Shown: piece by piece, positions 56,368 to 64,000 of the stretch
Numbering within the stretch: position 1 is the first letter of the stretch
Layout of the letters: each line of letters starts with the position of its first letter
From: Dictyostelium discoideum
Taxonomy: Eukaryota
NCBI GenBank assembly: GCA_000004695.1
Contig: CM000152.2
Span: forward strand, 32,001 to 96,000
Direction of reading: 5' to 3'
DNA: 64,000 nt
The notes under the pieces: generated by a model
Seen by the model: only the letters and a program-made list of their open reading frames with translations
What the model was told of the DNA's origin: nothing
Database searches by the model: none
Position numbers and translations under genes: made by a program

Positions 56368-59113
56368 ATGCCATCAATTAATGAAAATGAAGATATTATT
56401 AATAAATTAAAGATGTCAACGATAACAGATGATATTATTATTCAACCAAGTATTGATGATTTACCATATGAAGAAGATGTTTCAAAGAATCCATACTCTG
56501 TTAATTGTTGGTTAAGATATTTAGAGTTTAAACAAGGTTCACCACAAAAACAAAGAAATTATATATATGAAAGAGCCATTAGAGAATTACCAAGAAGTTA
56601 TAAAATTTGGCATCAATATCTATTAGAAAGAACTTTAGCAATTAGAGGTAAATGTATTTTAGAAAATTCATTTGAGGCTGTAAATACATTATTTGAAAGA
56701 TCTTTAGTATTTTTAGATAAGGTAAATATTTATTATTTATTAATTTGAAATTTTAATAAATTTATTAATTTATTAATTTTTAAAATTTTATTTATTTTTT
56801 ATATAAAAAAAAAAAAATAGATGCCAAGAATTTGGATTGAATATTGCGAATTTTTAATGATACAAGAAAAGATAACATTAACTAGAAAAACATTTGATAG
56901 AGCATTAATAGCATTACCAGTTACACAACATTATAGAATTTGGAATGAATATACTAAATTCATATTGAAGAGATCTATACCATCATTAACATGTATTAGA
57001 GTTTATAAGAGATACTTAAAGATTCAACCAGAGAAAGTTGAAGAGTATATTGAATATTTAATAAAGATTAAAGAGTGGCAAGAAGTTGTCAATCAATTAA
57101 TTAAACTATTGGATAATGTTAAATTTAAATCGATTAAAGGTAAGAGTCGTCATGATCATTGGTTACAACTTTGTGAAATTCTATCATCATATCCAAAACA
57201 GATTACAGGTGTAGATGTAGATTCAGTGATTAGAAGTGGTATTGGCAAATTCAGTGATCAAATTGGTAAACTTTGGTGTTATCTATCAGATTATTACATT
57301 CAATTGGCACAATTTGAAAAGGCAAGAGACATTTTCGAAGAGGCATTAACATCGGTTGGAACAGCAAGAGATTTCAGTTTTATTTGGGAATCCTATACAC
57401 AATTTGAGGATTCATTAATCGCAGCAAAACAAGAGATACTAGAAGAGGATCCATCCGAAGATAATCTATTGGAATTTGATATTATCATTGAACGTTATGA
57501 AAATTTAATTCAACGTCAACCTTTATTATTGAATTCTGTAATGTTAAAACAAAATCCAAATAATGTTCAAGAATGGTTAAAACGTGTTAACCTATACTCT
57601 AATCCAACTCCAAATGTTAAAATGATCATTCAAACTTTTACTGATTCAATTAAATCAATTGATCCACAACTTGCAAAAGGTAAACTTTCAACTATCTATT
57701 CAACTTTTGCTCATTTCTATGAACAAAATAATAAATTATCTCAAGCTCGTTTAATATTTGAAAATTCTTTAACTGTAAATTTTAAAACAATTGATGATTT
57801 ATCAACATTATATTGTGATTATGCTGAAATGGAATTAAAACATAGGTAAATTATTTTATTTTTATAATATATTTAAATAAATATATATATATATGTATAT
57901 TAATATATTTTTTTTTTTTTTTTTTTTTTATTAAAATAGAAATTATGAAAAAGCAATTGAAATTTTAAAAAGAGGTACAGTTTCACCAAAAAAACAAAAT
58001 ACAATAATTGAAGAGAATGAACCAGTTCAAAAGAGATTATTTAAATCAATTAAAATTTGGACATTTTATGTTGATTTAGAAGAATCATTTGGAACTTTTC
58101 ATAATACAAAATCAATTTATGAAAAGATGATTCAATTAAAAGTGGTTACACCACAAATTATTTTAAACTTTGCAAAGTATTTAGAAGAGAATAAATATTT
58201 TGAAGATATGTTTAAAGCTTATGAACATGGTGTACAATTATTCCTATTTCCACATGTTCAAGATATTTGGATCACTTATTTAACCAAATTCATTCAAAGA
58301 TATGCCGGTATGAAATTGGAGCGTACTCGTGACCTATTCGAACAGGTTCTATCAAAAGTACCACCAAAAGAATCGATTATCTTTTATTTAATGTATGCAA
58401 ACTTTGAAGAACAATATGGTTTAGCGCGTCATTCAATGGCTGTCTATGATCGTGCAGCTAAATCTGTCGATAAAGAAGATAGATTCAAAATGTACTTGTT
58501 ATATATTCATCGTGCTTCAGAATTCTTTGGTGTTAACCAAACTCGTGAAATCTTTTCAAAAGCAATCGAACAATTACCAGATCAATACGTTCGTGATATG
58601 TGTCTTAAATTCGCTGATATGGAAAAGAAATATGGTGAAATTGATCGTGCTCGTTCTATCTACATTCATGGTTCTCAATTCTCTGATCCAAGAACTTCAA
58701 TGTTTTATTGGAATACTTGGAGTGATTTCGAAAAATTACATGGTAATGAAGATACATTCAAAGAAATGTTAAGAATTCGTAGATCTGTTCAAGCAAGTTA
58801 TATTACTCAAAATCCAACTTTAGCTTTATTAAATAAATTAAATAATAAAGATGATAAAGATGATAAAAATCAACAACAAAAACAACAACAACAACAACAA
58901 GAAAAACAACAACAACAGCAACAGCAACAACAACAAGCATCTACTTTAACCAAATCAAAACCTGTCACTGTTTCACTACCAGAAACAATTCAATATAATA
59001 AGAAAATCGAAAATGATGATGAAATTAATTTAGATGATGATGAAGAAGAGGAAGAGGAAGAAGATCAACTAGCAATTAAAGCTTTTCCAAAAACATTATT
59101 GAAAATAATATAA
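56368..59113 (+). CDS. syf1: pre-mRNA splicing factor SYF1/XAB2 (HAT/TPR repeat protein), 3 exons: 56368..56721, 56821..57845, 57940..59113
   Basis: The three ORFs 56368, 56821 and 58127 are in consistent phase through GTAAAT donors and (A)n..ATAG acceptors, joined as ..LVFLDK|MPRIWIEYCEFL.. and ..AEMELKHR|NYEKAIEILKRG... HAT repeats run throughout (NCWLRYLEFK, IWNEYTKFIL, SIYIHGSQFSDPRTSMFYWNTWSDFE). Acidic polyQ/E C-terminus. Confidence 0.8.
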
Positions 59114-59595
59114 AATAAAATAAAAAATTTTAATCATCACTTTTTTTTTGTTTTTTTTAACATTATACAAAAATATTATAAATAGTAATAATAATAATAA
59201 TTAAAAAAACTAAAGATAAATATTTATTTCTTAAATAAACTGGTATTAAAAAAAAAAAAAAAAAAAAAAAATCCAGTATAAAGTTAAATCTTATTTTTTT
59301 ATTTTAATAAACAATTGTGTTCCAGTTGCTGAATTACCACCAATATCTTTACATAAAGATAAAATATTGTGGTTGTGGTAATTATAAAAATAATTATTAA
59401 TTTTTAATTACAATGACTGTATCAATTTTTTTTTTTTTTTAATATTAATAAAAAAAATTAAATAGAAAATCAATACACTCATATCCTATTAATAAATAAA
59501 ATAAAAATTATTTTATTTTTAATTTATAAATTTTATTATCGTTAATATATTTTTTTTTTTTTTTTATTATTATTTTTTTTTTTTTTTTTCACATT

Positions 59596-59975
59596 TTAAT
59601 AACGTGGCAAATAAAATGGTTTGATGTACTGATGAAAAGCAATATCTCTATCAGTAATAGTTTTTCTTTTTCCATGAGCAGCCATTATAGCACAATCGGT
59701 CATTATAATATTCATGTAGCATTCAAAAGCAGTACGAAGAGCATGAATAGCACCGACACTCATTCTATAGCTTTTAGGATCGGTCCAAGCCCACAAAATC
59801 TGTCTTTTGATTTCTCTCAAAACTAAATTTCTTCTCTTAATTGGTTTTTGGGGATCATTAAAAGCTGGAGGTGAAACTGTTGGTCATCAGAAGATAATGG
59901 TGATAATGATGATGGTGATAATTGTTGATGGAAAGATCTCTGTAATCTTTTTTGCCTGCCCCTTGTTGGATTCAT
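59596..59975 (-). pseudogene. second divergent histone H3-variant paralogue. It lacks the alpha-N helix and has a 1-nt frame break between the N-tail and the histone fold (380 nt, not a multiple of 3). Probably a pseudogene, or a gene with a homopolymer-length error.
   Basis: ATG 59975 in AAAAATG context gives MNPTRGRQKRLQRSFHQQLSPSSLSPLSSDDQQFHLQL... In the -1 frame, ..SPPAFNDPQKPIKRRNLVLREIKRQILWAWTDPKSYRMSVGAIHALRTAFECYMNIIMTDCAIMAAHGKRKTITDRDIAFHQYIKPFYLPRY* (ORF 59596..59820). It shares the junction motif (K/R)RNLVLREIK with the 5.1-kb H3 variant. Relative to that gene, residues KHQKSDKLLLPLLSFSRLARE are missing, so the two REI repeats are fused. One extra T in tttt (59860-63 on the + strand) would restore a 126-aa ORF. 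Confidence 0.6.
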
Positions 59976-60467
59976 TTTTTATTTTTTTTTTTTTGTAAAT
60001 AAAATTCCTTTATTTATTTTTTTTTTTTATTATTTTTTTTTTTTTTATTATTTTGTTATTTTTTTTATAATTATTATTTTTATAATTATTCCCATTGAAA
60101 TCTAAAATTTGAACTAATGAAAAAAAGAAATGTTTTTCATATTTTTATATCTTTTTTTTTTTTTATATCGAGAAAAAATTAAAAAATGTTTAAATAAAAA
60201 AGATTTTTGGTAGTTTTTTTTTAATGATGTTCCTTGAAATTTTTATTATATTAACACTTGTCATATTATTATTAACACTTGTCATTTTTATTATTTTTTT
60301 TATTTTTATTTTTTTATTTTCTTTTTTTTTTTCCCAATGGGCCAAAAGACTTTAAAAAAAAAAGATAATTAATTTTATTTAAAATAAAAATCAATTATCA
60401 GCTATGATTTTTGAAATTATTTTATTTTAAAATAATATTTTCTACTTATTATTATTTTTTTTAATTG

Positions 60468-60794
60468 ATTATCACCACAATGACTGTTGTCAAACATCAC
60501 TGGTCCAAATCTCTGGTGGATTTAGTGATTGAAATGGCGAAAATGTCCAAACCATACATTTTCTATAATCTGAAACTGTTGCAGCAAATATGTCTACCAT
60601 CTTTTGACCATTTGATACTGTAAATTGATTTTGAATGTGCTCATTTAATTGAATGTATTAATTTTGGTGTTGTTGTTCTTTTGTTACTTATATCATCAGA
60701 ATCATCCTCCATAAGCTCATAAGATATTGGTTCCATATTCTATAATTTTATATTTTAATCTCCACCACATGTAGCTAATCTTTTACCATCAGGG
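60468..60794 (-). pseudogene. relic partial copy of exon 2 of the HIRA-like gene (~85% nt identity to 7505..7845), carrying an in-frame stop and indels
   Basis: Minus strand reads ..YYPDGKRLATCGG.. then ..MEPISYELMEDDSDDISNKRTTTPKLIHSIK* ..SIKWSKDGRHICCNSFRL*KMYGLDIFAISITKSTRDLDQ... Compare HIRA-like EPISDEIMEDDADDTSNKRTTTPTPKLLYSINYAHSKSINSIKWSKDGRYLASVSDDRECIVWTLSPFQSANTPEIWTS. It stands out as a non-AT-rich island in otherwise AT-rich intergenic DNA. Confidence 0.6.
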
Positions 60795-61232
60795 TAGTAA
60801 TAAATAAAAATATAGGTGTTGCTATTTGATTTTATTGAAAATAGAAAAAGATTGGAAAATTATAATTTCATATTTTTGTTAGTTTTTTTTTTTAATTCCA
60901 TTTAGCATTATGATAAACCCAATAAGGTTTTAGAATTATCATTGATATTTGTGAAAAATGATTAAAAAAAAAAAAAAAAAAAAAACATTTCAAATAAATA
61001 TCAAATACACACGTGTGTACCATTAAATAAAATAAATATTTAAAAAAAAAAAAAAAGAAAAAAAAAAAAATAAAAAAAAAAAAGCAAACCAATTTTGATT
61101 TGAGTTGTTTAGAAAATTAAAAATCTACAACAACCGTTAGTTATATAAATATTATTATTTTATTTTTATTTTTATTTTATTTTTATTTTTATTTATTTAC
61201 AAAAGAGTCTATATATATATGAATTATAAAAA

Positions 61233-61933
61233 TTATTGTATAATACATTTTGAAGTATTCGATGTTGTTGTTGTTGGATCATTTAAAACACCATCTTTAC
61301 AATATAAATGACAACGTACTACCTGTTTAAATATTTCATTAACACCCTGATTACAAAGTGAAGAACATTCTAAATACATAGTTGCTTTAATTTCTTTTGA
61401 TAATGCTAAACCTTGTTTATATGAAATTGGTGGCATTTGATTATTTTCTTTTAATAAATTTATAGTATTTTCATCTTCACGTAAATCACATTTTGTTCCT
61501 AATAAAATGATTGGTGTATGAATTGATGGTGCATATTGTCTAATTTCAGGTATCCATTTTTTTGAAACATTTTCAAATGATGTTGGTGAATCAATTGAAA
61601 AACATAATATAATCACATTAGTATTTGGATAGGTTGATGGACGAGTATTATCAAATTCTGCCAATGCTGATGAATCCCAAAATCCAACATGACATACTTG
61701 TTTATTATATTCTATATCTAATGAAGTTGCATCAACATGTGATGGTACATAACCTGTTGGAAATGAACCTGTTGAATATGTCATCATCATTGTAGTTTTT
61801 CCAGTTTTACTATCACCTAATACTAATAACTTTATATATGATCTTATATAAATATTACATTTTAAAATTACTATATAATTAGTAAATTTTAAATGATAAA
61901 CTAATAAAAATAATAATAATATTACTTTTGCAT
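61233..61933 (-). CDS. atypical Rho-family small GTPase (Rac-like fold, Rnd-like substitutions, CAAX box CIIQ), 205 aa, 2 exons: 61933..61926, 61842..61233
   Basis: Exon 1 ATGCAAAA + GTAATA donor. Exon 2 (..tatataag|) completes MQK SYIKLLVLGDSKTGKTTMMMTYSTGSFPTGYVPSHVDATSLDIEYNKQVCHVGFWDSSALAEFDNTRPSTYPNTNVIILCFSIDSPTSFENVSKKWIPEIRQYAPSIHTPIILLGTKCDLRED..SKCIIQ*. G1 is GDSKTGKT, where Rac has GDGAVGKT. Switch II is WDSSALAEFD, where Rac has WDTAGQEDYD. Confidence 0.75.
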
Positions 61934-62146
61934 TGTTTAAATTTCTTGTTTAAATTAAAAAAAAAAAAAAGTAAAAAATTAAAATTAAAAAAAATAAAAA
62001 AAAAAACACAAAGAAACGAAAAAAAAAAAAAATTAAATTAAAAATAAAAAATCTTCTTTGAAAATATCCAACTCACTTTTCAAAATAAAAAATTTTTAAT
62101 AGAAATAAAAAAAAAGCCAGTAATAAAATAATTTTCCAACGTTCAA

Positions 62147-62460
62147 AAAAGCTATTTTTAAACTTCAATTCTTTTTTAAAAAAAACAAAATTTAAAAAAA
62201 AAATTTGTGTTTATTTTTTTGAAAAAAAATGCATTTAAAAATAAAATTAAAAAAAAAGAAAAAAATAATAATGATGATGATAAAAATGATCCAAAAAAAC
62301 AGCTATTTTTAAACTTCAATTCTTTTTTAAAAACAAAATTTAAAAAAAAAATTAAATTTAAGTGTTTACTTTTTTGAAAAAAATGCATTTAAAAATAAAA
62401 TTAAAAAAAAAGAAAAAAATAATAATGATGATGATAATAATGATCCAATAAAAAAAAAAG
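62147..62460. repeat. direct tandem duplication, 2 x ~146-157 bp, in the intergenic/promoter region between the Rho-like gene and the next + strand gene
   Basis: The block cagctatttttaaacttcaattcttttttaaaaa..tgcatttaaaaataaaattaaaaaaaaagaaaaaaataataatgatgatgata(a/t)aaatgatcca repeats at about 62149 and 62293 with a few substitutions. Spurious ORF 62176..62388 overlaps it. Confidence 0.8.
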
Positions 62461-62750
62461 TTATTTTTTATTTTTTATTTTTTTTATTCCCTTCTCAATA
62501 ATATTATAAAAAAATTTCAAAAGAGCCCAACAATGGATTAAGAATAAGATTTAGAGTTGGTTAAAAGAAAAATAAGTTTTCAAAAAATTGATTTAATTTT
62601 TATTTTTTTTTTTTTTTTTAATTTTTTTTTTTTTTTTTTTTTACAAAATTTTTGGAATTCATGGTATAAAAACACACTTTTTTTTTTTTTTTTTTTTAAT
62701 TTGTTCTAGATTTCTTTGCGATATAAAGTGGCAAAATAAAACAAAACAAA

Positions 62751-62811
62751 ATGAGTCAAAAAAGTGTGTGCGTTACTTATTTATTATGGCTATTTTTTGG
62801 GTAAAAAAGTT

Positions 62812-62843
<32 letters not shown>

Positions 62844-63218
62844 TTGTTTATTATATAAATTCCTTGTTTTTTTTTTTTTTTTTATCCATATAGATTGTTT
62901 GGGTAAGTTCATTAAAAATAAAAAAAAACCAATTATTATGGCATAGTATTAGTATTAACAACCACCTATTTTTTTATTTATATAGTATCCATAGATTTTA
63001 TCTAAATCGTCCATGTAGTGGAGTTTTATATCTTTTCACATGTGGCTGCTTTTTTATTGGTAAATAAATAATAATAAAAAATTAATATAATTTAATGTAT
63101 TTTAAAAAAAAAAAAAATTAAACTCTTTATTCTATTTTATTAACATACAGGATGGTTCATTGATATTTGTTTAATTCCTGGAATGGTTGAAGATTATAAT
63201 GCAAAAGTAAGTTTTAGC

Positions 63219-63253
<35 letters not shown>

Positions 63254-63592
63254 AAAGTACACATTGATTTGATATACTAATATTTTTTATTTATAAAAAA
63301 AAAAAAAAAAAAAATATAGTATGACTCAATGAATAAAACAACAACAACAGTAACTCAAGTTGTTGTTCAACCAGTTTACCAAGGTTCACCACAACAACAA
63401 CCATACGGTGCCCCACCACAACAACCATACGGTGCTCCACCACAACAACCATACGGTGCTCCACCACAACAACCATACGGTGCTCCACCACAACAACCAT
63501 ACGGTGCTCCACCACCACAACCATATGGTGCTCCACCACCAGGCGCATATGCTCCACAAGGCAATTACCCACCACCATATGGTCCACAATAA
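62751..63592 (+). CDS. small membrane protein with C-terminal (QQPYGAPP)x6 Pro/Gln/Tyr repeat (annexin-VII-N-tail-like), 4 exons: 62751..62800, 62986..63059, 63151..63206, 63320..63592
   Basis: Exon 1 MSQKSVCVTYLLWLFFG with GTAAAA donor. Exon 2 (tatag|) IHRFYLNRPCSGVLYLFTCGCFFIG, GTAAAT donor. Exon 3 (acag|) GWFIDICLIPGMVEDYNAK, GTAAGT donor. Exon 4 (tatag|) YDSMNKTTTTVTQVVVQPVYQGSPQQQPYGAPPQQPYGAPP..GNYPPPYGPQ*, which includes ORF 63329..63592. All phases are consistent. Confidence 0.55.
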
Positions 63593-63738
63593 AGTAAAAC
63601 TATTTATTTCAAATAAAAAAAAAAATAAATAATGATAATAATAAAAATAATATGAAAAATTAAATAAAATATTATTTAAATAAAAAAAAAAAAAAAAATG
63701 TTCAAATTAAAAATATTGGATATTTTCAGATTTTCAGG

Positions 63739-63790
<52 letters not shown>

Positions 63791-63819
63791 AAAATTTAAT
63801 TTGTGAAAAAAAAAAAAAA

Positions 63820-64000
63820 ATGACATCAAAACATAGAAATACAAATAAAAATAAGAAAAGTAATCAAAATTTAAGTAACAATAGTAGTCATAATGATGAA
63901 TTATGTAGTGGTGGTAGTAGTAGTAGTATCAATAATAGTAATAGTAGTTTAGATGATGTTAAGAACAAAGGAGAGATATTTCAATCTATAAATAACATTT
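63820..64000 (+). CDS. 5' end of a gene continuing past the window (MTSKHRNTNKNKKSNQNLSNNSSHNDELCSGGSSSSINNSNSSLDDVKNKGEIFQSINNI..)
   Basis: ATG at 63820 after a (T)40/(A)n promoter-like tract. The frame stays open to the window end. Ser/Asn-rich, no domain visible yet. Confidence 0.35.
   Translation, partial: MTSKHRNTNKNKKSNQNLSNNSSHNDELCSGGSSSSINNSNSSLDDVKNKGEIFQSINNI

Noticed and set aside
59300-59350. short minus-strand stretch translating to ..KDIGGNSATGTQLFIKI, vaguely like the COX VII KDIG motif
   Set aside because: Similarity rests on 4 residues. There is no start or stop context and no further alignment, so it is likely chance.
62887-62895. possible 9-nt micro-exon ATTGTTTGG between exons 1 and 2 of the QP-repeat gene
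   Set aside because: It is flanked by AG/GT and keeps phase. But the direct exon 1 to exon 2 splice also keeps phase and gives a cleaner protein, and there is no evidence for the micro-exon.
63291-63632. several overlapping ORFs (HNNHTVLHH.., GGAPYGCC.., WWSTVWLL..)
   Set aside because: Other-frame and antisense readings of the (QQPYGAPP)6 repeat. Only the frame continuous with the upstream spliced exons is biologically sensible.

Overview
This window reads as Dictyostelium discoideum nuclear DNA (about 75-80% A+T). Intergenic DNA is full of poly(dA)/poly(dT) tracts and (AAT/ATT)n microsatellites. Coding regions are rich in Asn/Gln/Ser/Thr homopolymer codon runs, and introns are short, AT-rich and GT..AG bounded. 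I resolve about 33 protein-coding loci on both strands. No tRNA, rRNA, CRISPR or recognisable transposon was found.

Recognisable genes include:
- FKBP12-like isomerase
- HIRA-like WD-repeat histone chaperone
- poly(ADP-ribose) glycohydrolase
- Grc3/NOL9/Clp1-family polynucleotide kinase
- cytosolic serine hydroxymethyltransferase
- a large two-HKD phospholipase D
- PITHD1
- Integrator subunit 6
- G3BP-like NTF2+RRM protein
- TBC-domain RabGAP
- myosin essential light chain (mlcE)
- Old-Yellow-Enzyme flavin oxidoreductase
- Mss4-like protein
- V-ATPase subunit G
- a tandem pair of tiny cytochrome-c-oxidase subunit VII isoform genes
- ribosomal protein L14e
- splicing factor SYF1/XAB2
- an atypical Rho GTPase

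The most unusual content is two divergent histone H3-variant loci about 54 kb apart, each sitting next to HIRA-like sequence. One is an intact HIRA-like gene. The other is a roughly 330-bp relic copy of HIRA exon 2. The first H3 locus carries a long tandem-repeated, frame-discontinuous N-terminal tail region. The second lacks the alpha-N helix and is frameshifted. Several conserved genes also show single-base frame breaks, which may be homopolymer-length errors in this assembly.

All splice coordinates were derived by hand from the sequence. Treat them as +/- a few bp unless an ORF-table anchor is cited. CDS ends include the stop codon.
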